Assembly: GCA_963804795.1 (NCBI GenBank)
Contig: CAWDRS010000011.1
Coordinates: 281,228-345,227, forward strand
Direction of reading: 5' to 3'
Length of the DNA stretch: 64,000 bases
Source: an uncultured Acidobacteriota bacterium
Lineage (GTDB): Bacteria; Acidobacteriota; Vicinamibacteria; Vicinamibacterales; 2-12-FULL-66-21
Position 1 is the stretch's first letter; the number at the start of each line of letters is the position of its first letter. The notes below the pieces were generated by a model, which did no database searches, was not told the origin of the DNA, and saw only the letters and a program-made list of their open reading frames with translations. A program made the position numbers and the translations under genes. This document shows, piece by piece, positions 41,302 to 51,201 of the stretch.

Positions 41302-44300
41302 CTATCGCTGCTGCGAGGTCGTCGATCGCTTGCCCAACTCGGCCTTCAGTACCTCGACTGCCTTCTCGATCTGCGCGTCCCGTTTCTGCGCGAAGTCCGC
41401 CGGCGTGTTGTCGACCAGCACGTCCGGCGGCACGCCGTAGTTCTCCATGTTCTCGCCGGTCACGGTCCAGACGCCGCTCCCGGGCGTGCGGATCGTCGAG
41501 CCGTCGAGCAGCGTGTACGACCCCGTGCCGATGACGGCGCCCATCGTCGGCACCCCGACGACCTTGCCGAGCCCGAGCGCCTTGAAGCCGGCCGGGAACA
41601 TCTCGGCGTCGGAGGCGGAGCGCTCGTTCTGCATCACGACCATCGGTCCGTAGAAGTTCTGAGGCCGAGGCTGTTGGAAGCCCGCGTCACGACCGACGGT
41701 GTATTGGTACTGCCTGCCCGCGAGTATGCCGAGCAGTTCCTGGTCGATGCCGCCACCGCCGTTGAACCGCTGATCGATGACGAGCGCTTTCTTCGTCCGG
41801 TTCGCCGCCAGGTCGAGCTGGAACTGCCGCAGCGACGGTGCGTCCATCGCGCGGATGTGCAGGTAACCGATATCGCCGTTACCGAGCTTTGCCACGATGT
41901 CGCGGCGATCGCTGACCCATTTCGCGTACTGGAGGTCGGTGAACGCGCTGCCGGCGACGGGAGCGATCGTCACCTCCCAGGCGCCCTCGCGGACCGGCTT
42001 GTCGTTGACCATGAAGTGGAACTTGCTGCCGGCCGCGAGGGTGAAGTACTGCCAATAGTTCTCGCCGGCCTTCAGGTCGTGGCCGTCCACGGCCACGAGG
42101 TAGTCGCCTGCCTTGATCTTCAGGTAGTCGTGATCCGCGGGGCCGTCCTTGTAGATGTGGCCGACCCTGTAGAAACCTGACGCGTCCGTCGCGACGTCGA
42201 AGCCTGGATGCCTCGTCTGCACGGTGCGCTCGGTGGTGCTCGGACGGCCGCTGACCCCGGTGTGCGAGGCGTTGAGCTGACCGATCATCATCATCATGAC
42301 GGTGTGCAGCTCCTCTTCGTCGACGAGATAATCGAGGAGCCCTTCGTAGGTCTTCTTCGCCGCCGTCCAGTCCGTCCCGTGCATCCTGGCGTCGTAGAAG
42401 CGGTTCTTCATGATGCGCCAGCCTTCGTTGAAGACCTGCGACCGCAGCGCTTTGTGATCGATTTCCAGGTTGACGCTGTAGGTCACCTGCCTCGCCGTCG
42501 TGCTCGGCGTCGACAGATCCGACGGTTCGGCTGCACTGCCGCGGCCACCGCCACGACCGCCGCTGGCGCCGGCCGAGGCATTCTGTGCGGCCCCGGTGCC
42601 TGCCTGGTTGGGCAGAGCCGCCGCAAACAGATTGCCGCCCGACCCGAAATAGAGCGTGCGTCCGTCGCGCGCGAACACCATGTTTCCACCGCCGCCGAAT
42701 CCGCCGCCCGCCGCGCCGCCCCGGCCGCCGCGGCCCGCTCCGGCAGACGGCGGAGCCGACGGAACGCGAATGAGCTGACCGCTCTCGACGTTGATGATGT
42801 ACATCCCCGCCGTCGGATCGGCGGCTCCAGCAGCTCCGCGCCCTCCGCCGGCGCCACCCGACGACACCGTGAGGGCGACGGAATGCCCTTCGGGCGCGGC
42901 CGTCAGGCCGCCAATCGTCGTGCCGGGCACCGTGAGCCGCCGCGCGCGGCGCGGCATGCCGTTCCAATCGATGCGGACCTCGACCGGTTGTGCCCCTGCG
43001 TTGCCCCTGCCAGTGTTCTGCCTGGCCGCCGCTTCCGCCGCGAGCCCCTGCGCCTCGTTGTCGATATCGCGGTTCATCGGGTCGCGATCCTGATCGCGCA
43101 GCGACAGCGTCCAGAGGGCCATCGTCGTGCTGATGCCACCCTGTGAGGCGATCCCGTTGTTCGCGCTCTCGACCGAGGTGAACACGATGTAGCGTCCGTC
43201 AGCGGTCCACGTGGCGTTGTTCTCGGCGTACAGAAGGCTGTCGTCCGAAATGTGGCGCTCCTCGCCCCCTGCGATCGGCACGATGTAGAGATGCGAGCGA
43301 AGCGTCCGGTCCTGCTTCGAGAGCGCGACCCACTTGCTGTCGGGTGAGACCGAGACCGACCCGATCCGCCCGAGCTCGCTGGACGAGACCACGGCTGTCT
43401 TACCGTCCGCGACGCTGTAGCTGTAAAGCTTCCGATCCGCCGCCGTGTAGAGGAGGGCTTTCGAGTCCGGTGTCCAGACGAGTGCCCCTTTCTCGTTGTC
43501 GAGGTCGGTGATCTTCTTGGGATTCGTCCCTTCCGGATCCGAGACCCACACCTCGTCGCGGCCCGACCGATCCGACACGAAGGCGATGTACTTGCCGTCG
43601 AACGACCACTTCGGCGATTCGTTGCGCGAGGCCATCTTGTCGGGCGCCACGCGCGTGATGTCGCCGCGGTCGGTGGCGATCGTCAGAATCTGACCTCGCG
43701 CGGAGATGACCGCCCGCCGGCCGGATGGAGAAATGTCGAACGAGCTCACCTCGCTCGTCACGGGCTCGACGTCGATTTCGTTCTCCTTCTCGTCGGTGGC
43801 GATGTCCAGCTTGATCTCGCTCGTCCTGCCCGAGGGCACATCGAGCTTCCAGATACCGAAGTTGTCTTCGTACACGATGACCTTGCCGTCGCTCGACATC
43901 GACGGCCAGAACAGGCTGCCGTCCGTGTGCTTGGTCACCTGTACTGGTTGGCCGCCCTTCGCCGGAACCTTGTAGATGTTGTTGACGCTCTTCCGGACCT
44001 CCGTGCTGCCCGGCTTCACGCTCTTGTCGTTCGGCAGGGGATCGGCCACGAAGTAGATCGCATCGTCTGCACCCCACATCGGCCAGTACCGGTTGTAGCG
44101 TTCGTCGCCGAGAATTCTGGTGTAGGTCTTTCCGGCGAGGTCGCCGATCCACAGATCCGCGGCGTAGCTGCCGCGATAGTGCTGCCGGGACCAGACAGCG
44201 GGATGTCGATTGAAGACCAGCGACTTGCCGTCAGGAGAAAAATTGCCCCAGTAGCCCCAATCGACAGGCAGCGGCTTCTCCTGCCCGCCGGTGACGGCGA

Positions 44301-44736
44301 TCTGATAGAGGGTTGCGACGGTTGGAAACGCCCCGTCGCCCCGCGCGGCGCGGAAGATCACGCTCTGTGAATCACGCGTCCACGAGACGACGTCGTCGTT
44401 GCCCGTGTGGTAGGTGAGCCGGCGTGGCACGCCGCCCGTCGCCGACACGATGAACACATCGTAGTTGCCGTAACGATTCGACGAGAACGCGATCCAGCGG
44501 CCATCCGGCGAGAACCGCGGATACACGTCGCGCGCGCGATTGTCCGTGAGGCGGTGAGCGTTCGAGCCATCTTCCGACGCGGTCCAGATGTCGCCGAGGT
44601 AGCTGAAGGCGATGGTGCCTGCCCGGTAGTCCGGATGCCGTGCCAGCCGGACCGGTGCAGCCCGCATGGACGCTGCACCCGACGTCAGGATCAACAGACC
44701 GGTAAGGAGCGCTCCACGGGACATCGTGCGAACCAT
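41302..44736 (-). CDS. Tricorn-protease-like S41 peptidase (TolB-type propellers + PDZ + S41 core) with Gly/Arg-rich insertions
   Basis: ORF 41302..44757(-). The first listed codon is TTG and the ATG at 44736 has GGAGG 7 nt upstream. Repeated PRFSPDGRWIAFSS-type blades are followed by a C-terminal S41 domain (..GGGGIDQELLGIL.., ..SASDAEMFP..). Confidence 0.85.
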   Translation of the reverse strand: MVRTMSRGALLTGLLILTSGAASMRAAPVRLARHPDYRAGTIAFSYLGDIWTASEDGSNAHRLTDNRARDVYPRFSPDGRWIAFSSNRYGNYDVFIVSATGGVPRRLTYHTGNDDVVSWTRDSQSVIFRAARGDGAFPTVATLYQIAVTGGQEKPLPVDWGYWGNFSPDGKSLVFNRHPAVWSRQHYRGSYAADLWIGDLAGKTYTRILGDERYNRYWPMWGADDAIYFVADPLPNDKSVKPGSTEVRKSVNNIYKVPAKGGQPVQVTKHTDGSLFWPSMSSDGKVIVYEDNFGIWKLDVPSGRTSEIKLDIATDEKENEIDVEPVTSEVSSFDISPSGRRAVISARGQILTIATDRGDITRVAPDKMASRNESPKWSFDGKYIAFVSDRSGRDEVWVSDPEGTNPKKITDLDNEKGALVWTPDSKALLYTAADRKLYSYSVADGKTAVVSSSELGRIGSVSVSPDSKWVALSKQDRTLRSHLYIVPIAGGEERHISDDSLLYAENNATWTADGRYIVFTSVESANNGIASQGGISTTMALWTLSLRDQDRDPMNRDIDNEAQGLAAEAAARQNTGRGNAGAQPVEVRIDWNGMPRRARRLTVPGTTIGGLTAAPEGHSVALTVSSGGAGGGRGAAGAADPTAGMYIINVESGQLIRVPSAPPSAGAGRGGRGGAAGGGFGGGGNMVFARDGRTLYFGSGGNLFAAALPNQAGTGAAQNASAGASGGRGGGRGSAAEPSDLSTPSTTARQVTYSVNLEIDHKALRSQVFNEGWRIMKNRFYDARMHGTDWTAAKKTYEGLLDYLVDEEELHTVMMMMIGQLNASHTGVSGRPSTTERTVQTRHPGFDVATDASGFYRVGHIYKDGPADHDYLKIKAGDYLVAVDGHDLKAGENYWQYFTLAAGSKFHFMVNDKPVREGAWEVTIAPVAGSAFTDLQYAKWVSDRRDIVAKLGNGDIGYLHIRAMDAPSLRQFQLDLAANRTKKALVIDQRFNGGGGIDQELLGILAGRQYQYTVGRDAGFQQPRPQNFYGPMVVMQNERSASDAEMFPAGFKALGLGKVVGVPTMGAVIGTGSYTLLDGSTIRTPGSGVWTVTGENMENYGVPPDVLVDNTPADFAQKRDAQIEKAVEVLKAELGKRSTTSQQR

Positions 44737-44763
44737 AGCCATGCCTCCAAATATCAAATATCA

Positions 44764-45458
44764 ACCGGGGGGCTTCGCCCCGCCGGACCCCCCATCGCCG
44801 TCGCTCGCAGGGACCCCAAAGCCCCGCTCCGCTCCGGCGGGGCGCGCCTGCCGCGCGCCTGGATCCCCACCGGGGGCTTCGCCCCGCCGGACCCCCCATC
44901 GCCGTCGCTCGCAGGGACCCCAAAGCCCCGCTCCGCTCCGGCGGGGCGCGCCTGCCGCGCGCCTGGATCCCATCGGGGGGCTTCCCTCCGCCGAAGCGCC
45001 TCCGGCGCGAAGGCGGCCGGACCCCCCATCGCCGTCGCTCGCATCCTTCGAGAGCTTGTGGCTTCCGGCTTTAGCCGGAAGAACGCCGCACGCCTTGCCT
45101 TCCACCTAAAGGTGGAAGCCACACGAATCGTTTCCGAGGGGCTTCTGGCGCGAAGGCGGCCGGACCCCCCATCGCCGTCGCTCGCATCCTTCGAGAGCTT
45201 GTGGCTTCCGGCTTTAGCCGGAAGAACGCCGCACGCCTTGCCTTCCACCTGAAGGTGGAAGCCACACGAATCGTTTCCGAGGGGCTTCTGGCGCGAAGGC
45301 GGCCGGACCCCCATCGCCGTCGCTCGCATCCTTCGAGAGCTTGTGGCTTCCGGCTTTAGCCGGAAGGGCGCCGCGGGCCTTGCCTTCCACCTGAAGGTGG
45401 AAGCCACAAAAATCGTTTCACAGCCTCGAAGCGCCTCCGGCGCGAAGGCGGCCGGGGG
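44764..45458. repeat. Composite tandem array: two family-C units (~105 bp) followed by about 3.2 units of a ~122-bp C/B hybrid repeat
   Basis: C units start at 44764 and 44869. Hybrid units (GCGCCTCCGGCGCGAAGGCGGCCGGACCCCCCATCGCCGTCGCTCGCATCCTTCGAGAGCTTGTGGCTTCCGGCTTTAGCCGGAAG..CCTTCCACCTAAAGGTGGAAGCCACACGAATCG) start near 44996, 45141 and 45263, with a partial unit at 45431. Confidence 0.9.
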
Positions 45459-45460
45459 CA

Positions 45461-47230
45461 CTACCGCTGCCGGCGGGTCAACCGATCCACGATCTCGGCG
45501 GCCGAAAGCTTGCGCCGCTGAACCTCGACTCCGGACAGTCTGAAGCGATCGCCCGCGCCGTGAATCAGGACGCGGCCTGCTGCCATCGTCGCTGCGGTCG
45601 GGAGGTCCCCAGCGCGGCGCAGCCCGGGAATGTACAAACGGTCGAGGAACATCCCATCGCTCCCCGTATCGAAGTCACCGACGTCGAGAATCGCCAGCGA
45701 GAGCGGCGCCACGGCGCTGGCCAGCACGCCCGCCAGCGCCTCATCGCCGTCCGCGATGAGAATCGCGCCGGGCGACTCCCGAGCGGCGGTCACGATGTCC
45801 GCCACGCGCTGACTGGCGGCTGTGCGATTGTAGGTCTCGAAATGCCTGATCTTCCCGGCGGCGACAAGGTCAGCGGTCGTGAACCGGATTCGTTTGGCGA
45901 CGAACCGTGCCCGCTTCAGACGACGCTCGAGATCGGCATCGGCGGCGGTGAGAAGGACCGTCCGGGTGCCTGCGTTCGGCGCCGGTAGCGCCGCTTCCGA
46001 GGCGAACCCGAGAACATGCCGGAGAGCGGATTCCACATCCGACCGATGCCCCGACGTCAACTGGTGCTGGGCTGCGGCAATCCAGTTGTCGGTCAGCTGC
46101 GCGGCGGTGACGGCGTTCGCGGGCAGCGGGCGCTGGTGGAACACGAGAAGGTCCGGCAAGGGATCGGGATCGAACGACTTTTCGGGCCGCTTCACGTCGG
46201 CCGGCGCCTGCTGGAGCCAGCGCGCCATCCAGGCGTACACAGCCTCGCGGCTGTCGCGATTGTAGTTGTGCGGCGCTTCGAACTGCACGGCGTGCACGCG
46301 GGACGGCTCACCCAGGAGATCGTAGATCTTCCTGATGGCCGGATACTCCGCCTGCATCGTCTCCCGGGTCCAGTCACCAGTCGCTGACACCATGAGCAAC
46401 GGGCGTGGCGCGATGGTCGCGGCGATCTCGACGTTCGTGGTATCCAGCCGCAGCCCGGGAAGGTTCTCGCAGAGGCACCCGCCCTGCATCAGTAACGAGA
46501 TCATGTTCACCGGAGCGGCAACCCGCACGCGGCTGTCGACGGCCGTCACGAGGAAGGTCTGCGTCCCGCCGCCGGAGGCCCCGGTCGCGCCGATCGCGTC
46601 GCGTTTCACGTACGGCAGGGTCTCGAGGAAGTCGAGAGATCGAATGCTGTTCCACAGTTGGAGCCCGCCGAGGCTGAGACTCCAGAGCCTCTCGCGCCGC
46701 CCGTCGAACGTATGAGTCAGCTGACGGCTGTCGTTGTAGCCAATCGCGTCGTAGGTGAAGACCACGAAGCCCTGGCGCGCCAGGTTGATGGCTCGACCGG
46801 GGATCGACGCGGTCGTCGTGTTTTCCAGGCGCCCGTAAGTCCAGTGCCCGTGTGGTGACAGGATCGCCGGGAATGGACCGTCGCCGATTGGTCGATACAG
46901 ATTCCCGGTGACGAAGAACCCGGGGAGGCTCTCGAAGTACACCTTCGACACGCGATAGTCCGCGTGCGCGATCTCGCCGAAAATCACAGGCGCCAGCGGC
47001 GTCTTCTCGGGCATCGGCAGCAGGCCCGCCGACGCGAGGACGTGCTGGCGCAGGTAGTCGGCACGCTGCTGCCACACGGCCGGGGTCGTGATGGCGGGAG
47101 GGGCGAAACGATCGTCGAGCGTGCGGTACTGCGCCGCCGCCGCCAACACGAACGAGCACACCAGCGCGATCGTGAGCGCCGGTCTGGAGCGCAACGTGGT
47201 TCGAGCGGACATCAACCGCCTCCGATGCAT
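45461..47230 (-). CDS. Secreted alpha/beta hydrolase (acetyl-xylan-esterase-like N-domain) with a C-terminal extension of unknown function
   Basis: 589 aa with a signal peptide and the nucleophile elbow GATGASGGG. The ~200-aa C-terminal region has no motif I recognise. Confidence 0.7.
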   Translation of the reverse strand: MHRRRLMSARTTLRSRPALTIALVCSFVLAAAAQYRTLDDRFAPPAITTPAVWQQRADYLRQHVLASAGLLPMPEKTPLAPVIFGEIAHADYRVSKVYFESLPGFFVTGNLYRPIGDGPFPAILSPHGHWTYGRLENTTTASIPGRAINLARQGFVVFTYDAIGYNDSRQLTHTFDGRRERLWSLSLGGLQLWNSIRSLDFLETLPYVKRDAIGATGASGGGTQTFLVTAVDSRVRVAAPVNMISLLMQGGCLCENLPGLRLDTTNVEIAATIAPRPLLMVSATGDWTRETMQAEYPAIRKIYDLLGEPSRVHAVQFEAPHNYNRDSREAVYAWMARWLQQAPADVKRPEKSFDPDPLPDLLVFHQRPLPANAVTAAQLTDNWIAAAQHQLTSGHRSDVESALRHVLGFASEAALPAPNAGTRTVLLTAADADLERRLKRARFVAKRIRFTTADLVAAGKIRHFETYNRTAASQRVADIVTAARESPGAILIADGDEALAGVLASAVAPLSLAILDVGDFDTGSDGMFLDRLYIPGLRRAGDLPTAATMAAGRVLIHGAGDRFRLSGVEVQRRKLSAAEIVDRLTRRQR

Positions 47231-47256
47231 CGGTCAGAACGGAATCGCCAGGAAGA

Positions 47257-48796
47257 CTACTCGATCGACTTGGCCAGCACTTCCTTTACCCGCGTGCGCA
47301 CCAACTCGGCTGTCGCCGGTTCCCGAAAGGTGGCGCGTTCCCGGCCACCCGGCACCGTAAGCGGGTGCAGGCGGCCGCGCAAGACCGGCAGCTGCACCTC
47401 CCGACTGGCCAGCCAGGCAGCCTCACCGCCTTTACGCGCAAATTGGGCCCTTGAATAGATAATGAAGTGCGTTCGCGGGTTCCGCGCCGCCAGGTACGCA
47501 AAAAAGAGCAACAAGCGCTCCTCGGCCACGTCCAACAGATGCTCGGCAATCACAGGATCACTCTTCGCGACCCGCTCGTCCAGAAGGCAGGACAGATGGC
47601 TGACTATTAGATCCGGGTTTTCGAGAAGCACCTGCTCCTCGCGATGCCAAACAGCGCTCGTGTTCTCTTTGCGGATCGCGACCGGCAACACCCGCAGCGC
47701 GTCGGTCACATCGTCCGCATTGGTGCCTCCCTCTTTCTCGGTTCGAGGATCGGTACACCCGGCCGGGAAGTGGTGAGTCCATGAGCACGATCACGGGCCG
47801 CGGGTTTGGAGGCGGCCCCGCTTCTCGCGTCGACCACCACTGTATGCCCAAGAGCGCACAGACGACCGCCAGGGCGGTTGCCCACGCTCCATGGAGGATC
47901 CAGGTCCGGCGGCCGGGCGGACCCGCGAGATGAACGCCGAGATCCTCTTCGGCCCATCGGATTTCGCGCACCATATCGGCAGCGTCCTGCCACCGATCGT
48001 TCGGATCCCGAGCAAGGCATGCGGAGATTATTCGATCGAGTGCAGGCGCAAGGTGCGGGTCGACGTCCGAGGCTCGCGGCCGCGTATCCGCAAGTATGGC
48101 TGCCACCTGTGACGCACCGGACGACCCGCCGAACGCCCGTCGTCCCGTAGCCATTTCGAACAACACCGACCCGAAGGCAAAGAGATCCGTCCGGCGATCG
48201 ACAGGCGCTCCTTCCAGCTGCTCCGGCGCCATGTACGGCACCGTACCGATCAAACCGCCGGCGACGGTCGGCGAACCGGTCACGGTCTTGCCGACACCAT
48301 CTGGCGCCGGCTCCGTGACCACGACCTGCTTGGCGATTCCGAAATCGAGTAACTTGACCCCGTTTCGCGTCAGCATCACGTTGGAGGGTTTGAGGTCCCG
48401 GTGGACGATCCCCGCCCGGTGCGCAGCCACGAGCGCCTCGCCGACCCCGATCGCGACCGCGAACAGCTCAGGCAGTGGCAACGGACCCCGGCCCAGCCGA
48501 GCCTCCAGTGTTTCGCCGTCCAGATACTCCATCACCAGGAAGTTGTCGGCCGCGAAGCGGCCGACGTCGTAAACGCTGCAGATGTGAGGGTGATTCAGGG
48601 CGGCGATCGCGCGGGCTTCGCGTTCGAAACGGAGACGCGCTTGCGGATCTTCGGCCTGGTCGCTGCGCGTCACCTTGATGGCCACCGTCCGGCCAAGGCG
48701 GGGGTCTCGGGCGCGATACACCTCGCCCATGCCACCAGCGCCAAGGTGGCTGACGATCTCGTACGGGCCAAGCATGGTTCCCGCGGAGAATGTCAT
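47257..48796 (-). pseudogene. Hanks-type Ser/Thr protein kinase with one TM segment and an unknown C-terminal domain, +1 frameshift at 47752-47756
   Basis: ORF 47558..48796(-) has GAGGMGEVY, VAIK, HRDLKPSN, DFG and APE, then the TM segment WATALAVVCALLGIQWW, then ..LPGRVY. The continuation DPRTEKEGGTNADDVTDALRVLPVAIRKENTS.. is ORF 47257..47709(-). The junction on the coding strand is GTG-TAC-C. Confidence 0.85.
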
Positions 48797-48912
48797 GTGC
48801 GCAAGCGGGAGTAAGTGGGCGTAGTTTACTCCGTCGGCAGCCGACGCGGGCCTCCAGGGAGGGGCACCGCGCGCATGTTAGCATCGGCCATTCAGGATGA
48901 ACGGGAGGACAC

Positions 48913-49383
48913 GTGGCTAAGAAGAAGGTCGCGCGCAAGAGCGCCCGGAAGCCGGCCGCCGCCGCGAAGCGACGGAAAACCCCGATTCGCAGACCGAAGA
49001 CCGCCGATCCGCTCTTCGCGCCCGTGAAAGGGGCCGAGCGCCGGGAAGTCGGGCACGTCCGCCTCGAGGTGGGACGGGCCGGCGAGGCGCGCGTCAAGCG
49101 CATGATCTACCCGCCGGGATTCCGGTGGTCGGTCGATATGAAGCCCAAGGTCGGCACCGACCTGTGCATGCACGCGCACGTCGGCTTCCTCGCGTCAGGA
49201 GAAATCCACATCGAATACGCGGACGGGTGCGTCGTCGAGCACAAGGCGCCACAGATCGTGGCGATCGACCCGGGCCACGACGGCTGGGTCGTGGGGAAGA
49301 AGCCGGTGGTGCTGATCGAGTTCGACTTCGAGGGCGACACCGTCCGGCGGCTCGGGATGCCCGACGCGCATCGGCATTCCTGA
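48913..49383 (+). CDS. Cupin-like small protein with a Lys/Arg-rich N-terminal tail
   Basis: GTG start at 48913 after GGGAGGA. The tail MAKKKVARKSARKPAAAAKRRKTPIRRPK is followed by a beta-rich domain (..GTDLCMHAHVGFLASGEIHIEY..). Confidence 0.55.
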   Translation: MAKKKVARKSARKPAAAAKRRKTPIRRPKTADPLFAPVKGAERREVGHVRLEVGRAGEARVKRMIYPPGFRWSVDMKPKVGTDLCMHAHVGFLASGEIHIEYADGCVVEHKAPQIVAIDPGHDGWVVGKKPVVLIEFDFEGDTVRRLGMPDAHRHS

Positions 49384-49437
49384 GGCGCCCGACGTTCGGT
49401 GCGACCGCTCGTGGTGCCGACCTGGCATGGCCAGAGG

Positions 49438-49625
49438 CTAGAACGTATCTCACAAATGCTGCGCGAGCGAGCACGGCGAGCGAGCCACCCGACCGGCCCG
49501 CCTTCGCGCCGCAGGCGCTACGGCGAGGTCTCGCCGTAGCTTTAGCGGAGGCGGAAGCGCGCCGGCGAAGCGGCGCGCGAGAGAGCGTGTAGGGGAGTCC
49601 GAGGGGCGAAGCCCCTCGGCTCAGG
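49438..49625 (-). repeat. Repeat family A, copy A4 (long form)
   Basis: TAGAACGTATCTCACAAATG...GAGGGGCGAAGCCCCTCGG, with the ~55-bp internal module CGGCGAGGTCTCGCCGTAGCTTTAGCGGAGGCGGAAG. Confidence 0.9.
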
Positions 49626-50868
49626 CTAGTAGCCGCCCGCGTGGATCAAGCGTCCGTAGGACCGGCCGGCGACCCCGGCGAAGCCGTAGTCAGCGGTTTG
49701 CACCGACGCGTCGTGTATGAGCTTCGACATGATGATGGAAGGCGCCCCCTGACATTGTAGGGTGGCGATGCAGAGCGCCGCCGTGCCGGCGACGTGGGGC
49801 GACGCCATGCTGGTGCCGGAGATCGTGTTGTAGCCGCCCCCCTTCCAGGTCGACAAGATGCATACGCCAGGCGCAGCAATCGTGTGACCTTCGTCTGAAC
49901 TGCCGGGAAGCGTGTAGTTACTGAAATCGGCCGACGTGTCGTCCGCGTCGGACCGGCAGGTGGCGGTCGCCCCGGCGCCTGGCTGTCCGTTGAAGTCGGC
50001 CACGGCCGTCACGGCCAACACTTCTCTGTACGCCGCAGGCGAGAAGCCCGCCAGGTTCGCGTTGTCGTTGCCTGCGGCCACAACGTAGGTCACTCCGGCG
50101 GCGACCGAGCGACAGATCGCCTTGTGCAGGGCATCCGCATTGCTGTTCCCACAATTACCATCGTCGGAGCCGCCACCGCCTAGGCTCATATTGGCGACCT
50201 TGATCTTGAGGTTCGACGCGTTCGCGGTGACCCAATCGATGCCGCAAATCACCGATGACCAGGTGCCGGAGCCCTGGTTGTTGAGAACTCGGACCGAGTA
50301 GATCGGGATGCCCGGCGCCACGCCCACGACGCCGGCGCCATTGTTGATCGCGCCGATCGTCCCGGCGACGTGAGTCCCGTGACCGTTCCCGTCGGCGAAG
50401 CTCTTCCCAACCGAGCAGTTCTTGCCGCCGGCGATGTTCAGATCGGCATGCGGTCCGCTGCCCGTGTCGATGACCGCGACCGCGAGGTCCCAGGAATTCG
50501 ACGAGAACTGCGTGCTGAACCTCTGCGTTGATTCGGTCGACGCCGGTTGGCACGGTCTGCGCGACCGCCTCTACGGGCCGGTCGTCGGAGACGAATGCCA
50601 CTCGGGGATCGCGCTGAACGTCACCGAGCCTCGCCTGCGGAATCCTCGCGGCGTATCCCCTCAACGCGCTGTGATAGAGCTGAGAGACGCTCGCGCCGTA
50701 CGCCCGGCCGTGCTCCGCCGCCAGGCCGTCGACATCGGCCTCGTCATCGTGGAAGACCACGATGACATCGCGCGCGGATTGTGGCGGAGGCCCGGCTTGG
50801 CCCATCAGAGTGAGCCGTGTCCCGGCAAGAACGGCGGCAATCGAAACCGTAATGGCGATTCGTCTCAT
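49626..50868 (-). pseudogene. S8 subtilisin-family serine peptidase with I9-type propeptide, +1 frameshift between about 50480 and 50545
   Basis: ORF 50155..50919(-) supplies the signal and propeptide up to ..VPTGVDRINAE. The catalytic part (VAVIDTG, HGTHVAG, GTSMASPHVAG) is in the frame of ORF 49626..50327(-). There is no GTAC in the junction. The best candidate site is GAG-G-TTC. Confidence 0.8.
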
Positions 50869-51201
50869 GACATCCTTCGAAAGGGAGCACGTCACAGTCG
50901 GGACTCCGGGCGTATCCAAGAAGGTCCGCGAACCGATTCGTAGCTGGCTCTATATGGTCCGCCGCTCCGTCAGCAACGAACGTTCCACCGCGCGTGCAAC
51001 GCCGCAAGGCGTTCAGTGCAAGCCGATAACACGTGGTTATCGAGGCGCTTGGAACGAACGAAGCAGATCAACGGGGTGACACCTGCAGGACCAAGTCCAC
51101 TCGCGGGCTGACTATTCTCTGTCGCTGTTCGACAGTTCCGAATTGCATTGGGAGATCGATGACGAGCCCGAATTATTCGGCCGGATGCATATGGCCAGGT
51201 G

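Noticed and set aside
44764-45458. Possible CRISPR array
   Set aside because: The units are 105-122 bp and directly abut one another with no unique spacers. No cas genes are present in the window. It is a tandem repeat array.
50869-51201. Possible riboswitch or ncRNA in the 330-bp spacer upstream of the S8 protease (small hairpins AACGCC-GCAA-GGCGTT, CGATAAC-ACGTG-GTTATCG, CCGAAT-TA-ATTCGG)
   Set aside because: It shows only short isolated stems. I recognise no riboswitch consensus, and covariation cannot be assessed from one sequence.
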